From positions 1 through 64,000 of the forward strand of contig JAMDHS010000088.1 of the NCBI GenBank assembly GCA_029717555.1: a stretch of 64,000 bases of DNA. Direction: 5' to 3'. Below are positions 40,801 to 56,356 of the stretch, piece after piece (the stretch's first letter is position 1; each line of letters begins with the position of its first letter). The notes beneath the pieces are model-generated. The model saw only the letters and a program-made list of their open reading frames with translations. It made no database searches and was not told where the DNA came from. The stretch is from Peribolospora baueri. Its lineage: Eukaryota. The translations under genes were made by a program, and so were the position numbers.

Positions 40801-42580
40801 ATCTGTTTGCCATTTCCTATTCGGCCGGGGTCTGCCTCAGTACAAAAAATTCGTTGGACTAAATGCGGGATACGGCAAGAGGAAGAACCGGGAGGCGGCT
40901 CAGCAAGACCCCCAAACACAGGCCATGGACATGATGTCGCGAATCCAAAACTCGATGGGTGAGATCGATCTCCTCGACATCGTCCTCTCGCATGTATCTG
41001 ACTTTGCCTCGGGTCGGTTGGTCACGACAAAGTTAATGACGAGGACTTAAGGGCGAGGCTGGAGGGTAACGAAGCGGGCGAAGTGGACGTTTTCCGAGGT
41101 TTCAACTTTGACGATTGGATCCTTTTGTTCATGAAGGTAGGCTCGGGTCTGCAGAGTTTCGGAGTCGCGGCCAGGTTTACGGATCTGACAGGCTTTCTCC
41201 TTGCTAGTATGCGTTCGCCTTGACGAAGACGGGCGAACGGCAGCTTGCAGACGAGGTTTTGCGCCACCTGCTCACGTCCAATGTCGTGACACGCTTCGAG
41301 GAGAGGACGACAGCGTTGAGACTATGCATCTCTGGTGGGTCCACGCGCTCGTCTGTCTCTTAGACAGCAAGCGCGCTAATCGTCTGACCTCGCTTGCTTT
41401 CGTAGCTTGCGCACTCAACGATGGCGACTATATCACCGCGATCGACGAGATACGCGCACTTTCGTTCCAGTATCAATTCCACAACGCGCCTTGGCATCTG
41501 ATGACCGCAATCGCGGCGAGCGGGGGTTTGACGGCGGCGGATGCATTCATCGCCAATAAGATCCAAAAGGCCATGCTACGCAGCGTCCGACTTACGGACT
41601 GGGCCGTCGATGGGAAGCCGCTCAAGTGGTTAGAGCGTAGGAAACACTGGGCTCGTCCGCCGAAGAAACAGCAAGTCAAATCTCGCTTCCGGACGGACGC
41701 TGTGGATGCCGCTGGCAATGAGGACGCGGAAGACAGTGATGCGGACGCAGCGAGTTCCAGCGGTAGCGAGGGAGGCATGAGCGGGGTGGAGAGCTCGACC
41801 CACAATCCAATTCCCCTTCCGAGCAAACCCAGCCCTGTCCTTCTCATGACGTACGGACATATATTGCATGTCGCAAAAAGTTATCAAGCTTCCCTCGGTA
41901 AGTTTCCGACCGGAAGCCTTCAGGCGTCAGATACCTTCCTGAGATTCCCCCGTTGCGCCTATTTTCTTCCTTTTTTCCAGCATACTATCTTCGCGCATAT
42001 GAACTTTGTCCAGAAGACCCTCTAGTGTGCCTGCAAACGGGGATTGCATACGTCCATCGGGCGATGCAAAGGCAGGTCGACAACCGGCACTTCATGTTGA
42101 CTCAGGTAATTAATTAGTGTTCCCAGCTCCAGTGTATTCCATTATCAACGCGGCTTTTTGCAGGGTCTCGCCTTCCTTCATCAGTATCGGAGGATCAAAG
42201 GACCATGCGCGGAGGTCGAATTCAACATAGCCAGAGCATTTCACCAGATTGGTGAGAGTCGTATGACGAGCCCGTCATTTCTCGGACAGTACTGACCATT
42301 TGGCATCCCCTCAGGCTTGTTGAGCTTGGCTGTATCCCACTATGAAAAAGTGCTCAGGGCATCAGAACAGGTGAGACCATAGCCTGAAAGATGAAGCCTG
42401 AGCACCTCGTTTACTTGGACACTGAACGAGTCTCGCTTGTATGCTTGTGCGCAGGACGAGGCGAGGCCTGGTTCGAGTGATCTCCGCCGAGAGACAGCAT
42501 ACAATCTGGCGACCATCTATACCACCACTGGAGCCAGTCATCTCGCTTACGACCTGTATCATAAATATCTCACGCTGTAA
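37892..42580 (+). CDS. TFC4: RNA polymerase III transcription factor TFIIIC TPR subunit
   Basis: Acidic N-terminus, then EVRALLGSANMKY...EIIRIDP...AWYTLASCY, GARWLQGR, HRAMQRQVDNRH and C-terminal ETAYNLATIY. Confidence 0.9.
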
Positions 42581-42829
42581 AACAGAGCTCCGTACCAGGG
42601 CCGCCTGGCCGCTGCACATAACATACCTTTGGTGCTCTCATTGACAAGTGGATATGCTAACAAGCAGGCATCGGTTCTTCAGTTCTTGCTGCACGACAGA
42701 GCGACAGACGCTCTGCGAGACCCCCCAGCAAGATCGCCACCCAATCATTGTAACCATTGACGCCAAGACTGGCAAGCACATCTACACTTCTATAAAGGTA
42801 CGTCTGTATCCATCTATCCATCGCATCCA

Positions 42830-44211
42830 TTAGTTCTCCAATAGCATCTTCTTTGTCCGTTCGAAGATCTGATCCACCTCTGCCGCGTGCTTCTTCGTGA
42901 GTTCTTCGACCTGTGCGCGTGGAGATCAAATGAGCGTGTCAAAATGACGTTACTTCGAAAGAGGCCTCCTTGACAATGACGAACCTTCTTGATTTCTTTC
43001 GTCCCCTCGCTCTGTCCGATCGCCTTGCCATCCACGTCCGCCTTGATTTCCTTTTGGGCCTGGTGTCTCGCCGCGCGCACCGAGACGCGCGCGTATTCAC
43101 ATAGTTTCGTCGCTTCTTTCACCAGCATCTGCCGAGTGTCTGATGTCGGCCTGTCCAGGTTAAGATTGTGGAGAGGAGAGGAGGTGAGTCCGCTCTTCGT
43201 GTGAACAAACTGGTGCTCTTATGACGAGGGCAAAAACACATGCTCACTTGGGTACCGGAACACGCAGCACGCCTTCTTCTGCGCTCGTGGGTGACTTCTG
43301 GGGCGTGACGCCAAGATTGGCCATGTGGATCGCTCGCTCTACGTGTTTGACCATCTAATTCGACCGCGGAAATCAAGCACCAGGCGGTCAAACACGTATC
43401 AGCATCAAGAGGTTCGCTCAACGGCCTGTGAAATCACCACTCGAGTTGGCTTGCGACTACTCACCTCAGGATCAAAGCACGTAACCAGCAATGCGCCATC
43501 GCGGACACCAACCGTGGCGATCTCTTGCAGAGAATACGTCGCCTTGCTTCCCCCGCCACCGGTCTCATCCGGTAGCTCTACGCGAACCGGGTCGAGCATG
43601 CCTGAGGAAAGAGGCGGCCAGGGGAGGGGGACGGAGTTGCAGAGTATGTTGAATGAGCAAGCGCGCCAAACACGAGAAAACGGACAAAGCATGCCGTGAC
43701 GGCAAGGAAGGCGACAGACACACTCACTAGGGCTGACTCTGCCCACCTTTCCCACCAACGCCGTGACGTGAGACTTGGCTCTCTCCACCGCCCTCTTCAT
43801 ATTGCCCTCAATGACCTCCATATCAAATTTCTGCCCGGGCGAGTCCGCGTCCCCTGCTCGATGTCTCGCGTCCTCTTCCGCTCCTTCCTCCTCTCCCCGA
43901 CCGTGCCCCTGGTTGCGGGAGCCTTTGGTCTGCTTCGAGCCCTTGGATTTATAGCGGCGCTGTTGATGGGACGGAGGTTGGCGATGTTGAGGCATTGGGG
44001 ATTGGGTCTGGAAGAGGGCCCCCGTTGCCATGCTGGAGGAAGTCGGGCCTCGGTGCCGGAGGAGGGGAACGCTCGCTGTCGTATACAGCGAAGAGGATGA
44101 AGTTGTGACAGATGGTCGGAACAGAGGGAGCGGCGAAGGAAGGAAGGGCTTGGAGCAGACGCAAAGCGCGCCTCTAGCGGCAAGGAGCGACCTGCCTGCT
44201 GAGACAGTCAT
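42830..44211 (-). CDS. RRF1: Mitochondrial ribosome recycling factor
   Basis: Presequence-like N-terminus, then GRVSP-MLDPVRV, LQEIATVGVRDG and CEYARVSVRAARH. Confidence 0.85.
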
Positions 44212-44415
44212 GGTTTGGAGGTGCGCTGTATGCGAGCCTGCGATGGGTATTGATGCTACGTATCGTCGTGCTCCTCCTCGCCTCGCAAGAAAGGAAAGAA
44301 GGCCGGCGGAGAGAGGCGAGAAGAAGTAGATCGCTCCCGGTGGTCGCCGCAGCAAGTCGGCACCCACCATATATGCCGCTGTCGTCCTTCCTTGTCTTCT
44401 TGCTCATTCTCTCCA

Positions 44416-44968
44416 ATGGCGAACCCATCAAGAGCCCAGCAGGAAACATACTTTCGAAGAGTGGCGGGAAACGAGCGGCCTACTAGGCTCCAGAGAGGCT
44501 CGCAGGCGGCCGCTTTCATTTTAGCCTCAGGTATGAACCCGGTTTTGTCCACGTCTTGAGCGCCCGGGCCGATCTGAGGCTGGCGCACTCAAAGGAGATC
44601 TGCGTCTCGTCTCGTCTCGCTTCACCGCATATCCCACAGCGTCCGCAGTCTACTTTGTGCTTTTCGCAGACTTTGGCCCAAAGGAGCATTGCTTCAGTCC
44701 GGTAAGCGCTTCTTCCTCCGTCTCCGGGTTTTGGTCCTTCGAGCTCTCTCATCTCGTTAACCTCGGTAGCTCATCGATCCGTCGGTTCCTTCCCTCGGAC
44801 ATATCGTTTCTCCCTTTTTTCCCCGGCCAGGTCCGCCGCTGGTTCGCAGAACAGCGGTCGGCCTTCTGGACGCTTGACGCTTCCGAGCGTAGCTTTGCAC
44901 GGAGGAGACGCGAGGTGAACGGTGCTCATCAACATGCAGATGGGAAGGAGGAGCCGGTCTCCTCCTGA
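44416..44968 (+). CDS. Small (104 aa) single-pass membrane protein, 3 exons (44416-44530, 44640-44701, 44831-44968)
   Basis: Canonical GT-AG splicing gives an open frame MANPSRAQQETYFRR...AAAFILASASAVYFVLFADFGPKEHCFSPVRRWFAEQRSAFWTL...VSS*. Confidence 0.75.
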
Positions 44969-45584
44969 TGACATTGTTAGTTCTCTCAGTCTTACACTCG
45001 GTGGCGTTCTCGTCTCTGTCACTGATCTCGTTCTCGCTCGTTGCCTATTCGATGGAGGCGGTACCTTCCCTTCCTTTCAGTTCGTTTTCCTCCCCGGCCC
45101 GCATATGATATAGGGGGAATAGATGGACTACGGCCCATGTGCTTTCGACTTGAAAGCGCCTTTCCATTGCCTAGTTGACTACCTAATTGGTTCATTAAGC
45201 CAAACCCTCCATCCTAGTCTTTGTCTTCCGCCTACACGCGGGCGCCCGGCGCCCGACCACAGTTGTCGAGGGCGGCGAGATGCACGCGCTTCTTCTATGT
45301 TCGCTGGACCGCATCTAGTTAGTGCGTCGGGGAATTGTGTCGACGGATTGAACGACGCCGTTTACTAGAGGGAGAGTATATAGCCCACAGGAAATAAGCG
45401 AGAGACGGGAAGAATAGCGAGTGAAACCAAAGGCGAGCGAAACCAAAGGCGCGCACCACCCATATTAAAGAGGCAGGTGAGATGGGAATGGAAACGATTG
45501 ACTAGAGAGGCCTGTGCGGGTGTATGACGGACCGAGGGAATGCGAGAGAGAGTGGATTATGGGACGGACGTGACGGCGAGGAGC

Positions 45585-48249
<2,665 letters not shown>

Positions 48250-50242
48250 GGCAGCGGCGAAGGTGTGCGAAGGGGGCGATAAAGGAGGACTGGGTGCGGG
48301 AGCGGAGGAGTGCGATGGGGAAGAGGTGAAGCGGGGCGAGAAGCGGGGAGACGATCAGCAAGGGTTCGGCGGTGGCGAAGAGGAGGGAGGTGTTGGGATG
48401 ATGGAGAAGAGAAGGAAGGAGAGATGGACGGTGGACGGTGGACGGTAGAGAGTGGGATGCGATGCGAGTGGGCGGGCGCCGGAAGGTGTTCTGCTTCTAG
48501 CGCGCACCGCAAAGCCAGCCATTGACTGATTGGGTTGGATTGGATTAGAGCGCCGGCTCGGCTCATCTCCGGCGCGGGCAGATCAGATCAGGTGGCGGAT
48601 GGAGGGAGGGAAGGAGGACGAGGTGGGCGTCCACTGCGGCGCTCCTCGCTCCCCTTCTTCTATCCGGCGGCCACCGTCGCGCTCACAGCAGTAACGGCGA
48701 CTGCAGCAGCAACGAAACGGTAACGACAACGGCAATGACAACGAACACGACAGTGGCAACGACAACAGCGACGGCGGCGACGGCAGCAGCAGCAGCAGGA
48801 GCACCACCGCCAGTAACAGCCACGGACGTTCTTCCCCGCGCTCTCACCGCTTGCTCACCTCGAGTACCAAGGGGGAGCGAATTCGGAAAGGGGAGGCGGC
48901 GAGAAATGGACGCGGGCTGCGTTGTCAGCCGGTTGGTGGATGGGGGATGGATGGTGGCGTGGCGGACGGAGTCGTTGGTTGGCGTAGACGGGCGTGCTTG
49001 ACCTTGCCCCTGCGCCTATATAGCCCCAAGTTCGGCCCTCCAAGGCGGGCCGATGGTCGTGACCCGCAGTTCGATCCGTTCGGTTTGTCCGACCGTTCCT
49101 TTCACTAATGCCTATTTCCTCCTATCTACGCAATGGCCACGGCCCCAGCCCCAAACACGCTCTTGCTCCGTCCGACCAGAGCGAGCTTGTCGTCGGCTGA
49201 GACCGAGCCAAATAAGGACGAATTCAGCCTCGTCCTTGGACGGGCCCTTCATCTCAACGTTCTGTGCCGGAGAGGAGATCCACCGGCCGTCGCGGGACCC
49301 TTTCCCCCTCTCGCTTCATCTCACCCGTCCTCGTGGCGCACGAGTGCAAACAGAGCGACAGATACCCAACGACGAAGCAGGTCGGACGCTCAGTCGTCTC
49401 GCCTCGCTAACGAACGAACAGCGATGCAAGCTTGCACACCCCTAACTAACCACGCCATTCTTGCCGATAACTAGCTGTTTATTGAACCATGTTAACTACC
49501 GACGGCATCCGCCACCTGCGGGCCTCCGAGCTTGCTGCTGTCCTTCCATCCAATCGATCTGGGGTCACGTTCTCAGCGGTAGAAGGGTTGGGCCCCCAGC
49601 ATGGGTGTTTGTTGAGCACTCCACCTACCCGTAAGTAGACCAAACAGACAGGTCGAGCTAAGCAAGTCGTGGGTATGTAGCTCCTCAATACATAATCACT
49701 ATACTCGGCTCGATCCTAGCCGGCCCCGGAGAAAAGGAAGCTGAGCGCCCGCCCTTCCCAAACCGAACTGTTCCGAGACTGGCGGCGTCGCTTCGATGGT
49801 CCTCCCATCGCCGCCCATCGCCGCCCATCGCCGCCATCCACGTGCGTTGGTCGCCGTGCTGCCGCAGTGATTGATCGCCCGCAGCATGCGCCAAAGGCGG
49901 GGAGGCGTCGAGGCGGCCCGGGCGGGAAGCGAGCGGTGACGACGACGAGCAGAGAGAGGGAGAGACGAGGAGATTGCACTCACACCACGCTCTCGAGTGC
50001 GAGCAGATAAGGGAAACCAGCTCTGGGCAAGGCCAAGGCAAGGAAAGGAAAAGGCAAGGCGTGCACTCAGATTCAGTTGTTGTCCACCCTGGCCTCGTTC
50101 GCTCGGCACTCCTCTCCGCCCGTCGGCGGCTGCTTGGACGACTGCGCAGGCTGCTAGCCTTCGTCCATCGTCGTCCAACTTCACACACCCTCCCGGCCCA
50201 TCTTTGAATTTGATCTCCTTCCTTCATCTCAGCCCACTCGAG

Positions 50243-53200
50243 ATGGAGTCCACCCACGCCTCTTTCTTGGCCTCCTCGCCTCCCACCTCTCATTCCACCC
50301 AGTGGGTCGGTCGGCCCCACGTCGTGGGCCCTGCCATGCTCAAACTTCCCCTGCTCACCCTCGGCGTGCTCGGTCTCCAAGTTGTCTGGAGTGTGGAGAT
50401 GGCCTTTGCCTCTCCCTATCTCATCAGCTTGGGATTGAGCAAAAGTGGCATGGCCATAGTCTTCGTCGCCGGGCCTTTGAGCGGACTCGTCGTGCAGCCC
50501 TTGATCGGTGAGCCGGAATTCCCGGACCATGGAGTCGCTCACCTCCACACAATCTCATATTCCGCTTCCTCCGCCTTTCGCTACGTCACACGTCGGTAGG
50601 CATCTACGCCGACCGTTCCCGCTCGAGGTACGGACGTCGAAGACCGTTCATGCTCGCCGGTTGCGCCATCTGCTCTGTCGCCATGCTCATGCTCGGCTTC
50701 ACAGCCGAAATTGCAGGCCTCTTCGTCTCTCGGGCAACTCAGGCTGTGAGCGCCAGCGACGCCTTCACATCGTCCTAGCCACCCCTGCCTTCCTCCTCTC
50801 TTGCTGATCCGGTCCCTGTCTCCTATCGTTCTGCAGCACACCAGTCTGACCATAGCCTTGGCGGTCGTAGCGATATATCTCATCGACTTCTCTGTCAATG
50901 CCGTCATGGCCGTCGATCGCGCCCTCCTCGTCGATACCCTACCCTCCGATCAGCAAGAGCTCGGAAACGCGTGGGCTTCCCGCATGGTCGGCATAGGCAG
51001 CGTGCTAGGCTTCTTCATGTGAGTACCGTGCTCAGCTCAGCTCTCGAAATTCCAGTCGTCATGTCCGAACCACCAACTCGAAACTCATTCCCATCCTTGC
51101 ATCTGTCCATCCAGAGGCAACATAGACCTTCCCTTCTGGCTCCCCTTCCTTGGCAACACGCAGCTCAAGGTCATCTCGCTCTTGACCGCCTTCACCCTGC
51201 TTTCGACCCACGCCGTCACCGCTTGGTGCGTCAGCGAGCGGGTGCTGATCCGGGACAAGTGAGTGCAGTCTTTCTACCCCCTTTTTTTTTTTTTTGGCAG
51301 AACTCTGGAGGGACATGCTGAGTAGTGACAGTAGAGACAAAGCTGACCGCCACGGCGTTGTGGCTCCGTAAGTTCCCCGGCCACGAGTCCCTTTGCCGCG
51401 CTCGCCCTGCTTTGGCGCACCGCACGCGGGCTACCCCGGCCGATCGTGCAAATCTGCCGCATACAGTGTGCGTATACGTCTTGGAAGCGCCATGGGCCGA
51501 GTCCTTCGGCTTGTCAACGTCAACTCATGACCACCACGCCTTCGGAACAGTCTTTGCATGGATCGCTTGGTTCCCGATCTTATTCTATTCGTGAGTCGTC
51601 AGCTGCACATATTCCCAAACGGGTTTCTGTTCTATTCAAAGGCCTTACGCGACATGCGGTCACCACTTCTCACGCGCTGCAGAACTGTATGGATCGGCGA
51701 GATCTACACAAGAAGTCGGAAGGATCATCCACCACCAAATCAAAGAGCCAACGAGGACGCTACTCGAGTCGGCAGCCGAGCCATGTTCTTCCAGGCCGCA
51801 ATCAGGTAAGAAATCTAGATCGCAGCTGCCATCTCCCTCCGTCCACGCTGACCTGGTTGCTTTTTGTGACCTCTGAAAGCCTGCTGACCTCCGTCGTCCT
51901 CCCGCCTATGTTGGCGCGAGCATCAACGGCGGCGTCGTCTAACCCGGCATCGCGCCGCCTGCTCTCCATCATCTGGCACCACATGGCTGTCTACCAGTCT
52001 CTCGACTTTCTCTGGGCCGCCTCGCATTTCCTCTTCGCCGCCGCCATGGGCACCGCTTTCTTGGCCGCCAAGGCGGATTCCGTGGGCGGCGCGACGGCTG
52101 TGATTGCTTTGCTCGGTGTTGCGAACGCTTTGGTGAGCTCTTCTCAGCTTGGGGAGCGTCCTTGAATTTCTGCACGAGGTTGATCCAGGATATGCTACGT
52201 TGTTGCCGAATTTTCCAGGAGCACTGGGCACCGTTTTCTTTGGTTGGTGTCCCATGCCGTCCTCTTCTGTCTTTGAAGGTGATCGTGGCTAACAAATGCG
52301 TCTGCTTCGTGGGGACCTTTCAGCTCGGAGAAATGATCCTATCCTTCTCGTCTTCCTCATCCCGAAACCGACGTCGCTCGGGTTCTCGGTCTTTGAATTC
52401 TACCCGGGATCCGGAGGAGGATGAGGCGGGCGCGCTCCTCATGCGCGAGACCCGGTTATCCACGACCCAGCGGCGAGACGCCGCTGTCGAATCTCAGGCG
52501 TACGCTCCGTCACGAGGCAGGAGCAGCTCGCACACCTCGGTCGTCGTCGCACCCGATCCTTCCGCCCCGCCAGAGAGCGATATTGACTTTGGGAGATCGA
52601 GAGCGTCGTCGTTTGCGCCAAAGAGGGCGACAAGTCCGATGCTTGTGGTGCGGCATAGCGGCGAGGAGGAGGTGGACACGTCTAACTTTGCCATCCCGTC
52701 GGAGGACGAGGCGGTGGAAGCTGCCGGACTAGCGTTCGGTCATGAAGGCGTTGGCGGGGAAGACATGGCTGCAGAGGCAGAGAGGGACGACGACGACGAT
52801 GACGAGTGGGAGAGAGAGCTTGCGGGGGATGATGACACAGCGGACAAGGCAGGGGTCATTCTGGTAGGTATTTGAATCCCCTTTTTAGGCTTATACAGCG
52901 AACGAGCTGCTGACATTCTCGTCACAACCTGCGCCCGGCGCGGCCTCTTCTTTCCATCACGTCCAATAGGGGGTAAGTCGACCCGTCTCGAGCAATGCGC
53001 ACACCCAAAACTTAAATCTTTGGCTTTCAAGCGTCCTGTCCGGGAGGATCGGACTGGATTTGACTGATCAAAACGAATGATGGATCCTTCATCAATTCAT
53101 GACTCCCCTAGATTCACAACATCGCCATCGTAATACCTCAATTCATCATTACTTTTATCGCTTCCCGTGCGTCCCATTTCTCTCCACGGCCCCTCCCCTC

Positions 53201-53807
53201 CCGATTGGGCTCTATCGTACGACCAGCTTCGATATCCACTGAGCTTTGATCCGTTTTTTCTTTCTTTCTTGCGCGTTTTTCTTTTTCTCACAAGTCATCT
53301 TCGCCATCTTCGAACCCAGTCGCGCCGCCATTCCCCACGCCAACGTCCCCCCTCCTCCGCCGGCCGCCGTAAGCGCCAGCTCTGGCTCCCCACGAGCATC
53401 GAGCGGGAGAAGCCAAGCCGATGCTCTTGCCGCCGCCGCCGTCGATTGGAAGAGAGCATCGATTCAACTGGCATGGCAAGTTGAAGTGGCGCGCGCGGCC
53501 ACGGACGTGGGCGACGATGGGAAAGGAGGCGGCGGGAATGGCATCACGATCGTCTTACTGTGAGTCAAGCAGTCCCGTTCGCCCGTCCATCTGTATGTCC
53601 CTCCGAAAATTGGCCTCGAAAGGCTCGTTTTGCCCTCCGCGCATCCCGCCGGATCGCACACGCGGAAGCTGACCGTCCTTCCTCAACCCCTCCCCCGCAT
53701 TCCGCCCTTCGCTCTCTCCTTCCAGGGTCGGCGGGGCATCCGCTTTCGTCGCCGGGCTGTTAACGCTGACAATGTGGAGGGAGCAGAGGTGGCGGAGAAT
53801 GAGGTAG
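50243..53807 (+). CDS. Sut1-like GPH-family sucrose/alpha-glucoside:H+ symporter (MFS)
   Basis: GLQVVWSVEMAFASPYLISLGLSKS...AGPLSGLVVQPLIG, GRRRPF, DFSVNAVMAVDRALLVDTLP, WIAWFPILFYS and AGVILGIHNIAIVIPQF. Confidence 0.9.
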
Positions 53808-54448
53808 GCAGGCTAGGTTGAGAAGGCCTTGCGCATTAAGGGCAGATACTTTTTGTACCAGTACTTCAAAAAAGCCGCCGGCTGGTGATCAGCCCTCCAC
53901 CCGTGCTAGCGCAAAGGTGTCAGACGACCATCGAGTCTCTACCAGCTTCGACGAAGAAAAGAGCGTGCCTCATTCTTTTCTGCCGTAGTTAAAACGTTGG
54001 TGCGAAAGCTGGCTGATGGGCAACAACGGAGTATGGTGCGACTATGCGAAGGTGTATATTGGTCGTACTAACCGCTCATCGACGGAATGGTGAAAGGCGG
54101 GAGAAAAGGCGACGAAAAAAGGAGAGCGAGAGGCGTTGCGCCAAGAAAAGCGCTGTAGTGGACGTGACGTGAAAAGTGGCAATCGTTAGAGGAAGGAAAC
54201 GGATGAGCGGGGCGGGGCGGGGAGGGGGAAGGGCGGCCGGAGATGCAGATGCGGCGTTGGAGGAGGGACGGAAGGACGGGCGGCGTGCGTCAATGGGATC
54301 GTTACTAGTTACATGATTTGAGTGTGGTAGGTGGCAGCCGAGCAGACGGGAGTCGGGTTACACGGGTGGCCTTTGTGAGGAGCAAAATCGGTGAAGAGGA
54401 AAGGAAGGAGGGAGAAGGACAAGTGGAAGAACGGAGAGGAAGGGCCAT

Positions 54449-55895
54449 CTAGAGGTCGGCATCGTCCTCGTCGGGAAGGGGTGCCGCAGCGGCCTGGAAA
54501 GCAGGAAAGGAAGGGGCGTGAGACGAAAAGTGCAAAGCAAGTCGAAGAAAGACGATGAAGACACACATGCTCGAGCTCCTCCTGGTACTTCTTCATGAGC
54601 TCGGCGTCGAGCGGCACCTCAGGCGGCTGCAGCGCCGGGGCGGCAACAAACTCAAGCTGCGGCTTGCTGTAGAGTGTGAACGGGAAGGGTGAAACGGGAG
54701 TCAGTGATGAACATGGACATTCTCCAACAAACCGAACCAAATCGAACATTTGCGTTTCCAACTGCCCTAATTCGGACGGGGGTAGAAAGACAGACTCACC
54801 CGCTAAGCTTCCTCGCGAGCCACAGGAACGGCTTCTCGAAGTTGTAGTTCGACTTGGCCGAGATCTCGAAGTACTGAAGGTTCTTCTTGCGGTGGAAGGT
54901 GACCGCACCCGTCTTGACCTTCCGCTCCTGTTGACAGGCAAAAGAAGCGAGGACAGGGGCATGGGGTGAGAAAGATCGGATGCAAGACAATTCCATATCT
55001 GCCGCAGTCGCACGCACCTTCACGTCGACCTTGTTGCCGCAGAGGACAATGGGGATGTTCTCGCAGACGCGCTCGAGGTCGCGGTGCCAGTTGGGGACGT
55101 TCTTGTAGGTGATGCGCGAGGTGACGTCAAACATGATGATACCGCACTGGCCCTGGATGTAGTAGCCATCGCGGAGGCCGCCGAACTTCTCCTGGCCAGC
55201 CGTGTCCCAGACGTTGAAGACGATGGTACCGAAGTTGGTGTGGAACTGGAGGGGGTGCACCTCAACACCGAGAGTGGCTAGGAGGAAGGAGACGCGAGGT
55301 CATGTCGCGGAGAGGTAAGGAGACTGGGGGCGAAACCGAAGGGCCATCGCGACTCTGACTTACCGATGTACTTCTTCTCGAACTCGCCCGTCAAGTGGCG
55401 CTATGGTAAGGGGAATGAAGGACGAACCGCGTGCATCAGCCGAAAGACGTTCTTGCTTTCCCTTGATAGTAGCGAGACGCGTGGCGCTTCCGGAGTCCGG
55501 AGTCTCACCTTGACGAAAGTGGTCTGCAATGATGGAAGGGAAGAACAACAAGTGAGGAGGAGCACAAAGTGAGCGTGGGGTCCACTCGAAACACGTCAAT
55601 CCCTGTACAAGAAGAGCTTATTCACCTTGCCAGTACCTCCGTCACCGACTACGAGGCGCGTGTCGCGGGGGAGTCGTGTCGCACGAAGAAGGGAGAAGGA
55701 AAGGTGAGTTTAGGATTCCCCGAAGAAGCTGTGCGACGCAACACGCCACTTGGGCGTCTCCAGGGACAAAGTCAGGAGGGCAGTACGCTCAGCGAGCGAC
55801 GCGCACTCGTCCACACGTCCGTCCTAACCGACACAGAAACGATACGCACCGAGGACGAGCTTGAAAGTAGGGACGTTCTGAGCCTCAGCAGACAT
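54449..55895 (-). CDS. GSP1: Ran GTPase
   Basis: [71 protein letters not shown] and an acidic tail PDEDDADL*. Confidence 0.98.
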
Positions 55896-56356
55896 GGCGG
55901 CTAGCTAGCTCTTTTTTTCCAAGGAAAAGCTGGATGAGAGTGGAAGTAAAAGGAGAAAAGACGAGCGCGGAGATATAGAGGGGGGTGATGGATGTGTCTA
56001 GAAGGGAAGAAGACAAAGGACAGGCGACGACAGCGGGCACAGGAGACGAGAGCTCGGGCGAGGACGACGGACGGACGGTGGCGGCGACAAGAGGAAGGAA
56101 GCGCCGACCGCAGCAAAGGCGCGAGTGAAAAAATCCTGACCGCACGCTGGCGCACGCGTGTCGGAGACGGGCGATCGAAGGCGGTCCACTCTGGCCAAAC
56201 ATCTAATCTGCCCACGAACTCACACGCCTCGTCTCGACGATATGGTCATGTCACAGACGTTCCCTACAACTATAGACATCGCTCGGCATGTAGAACAAAG
56301 AAGGGAGTAGAGAAAAGAGGAAGACAAAAAAACGCATGCGAACGAACGAGGCGAAA

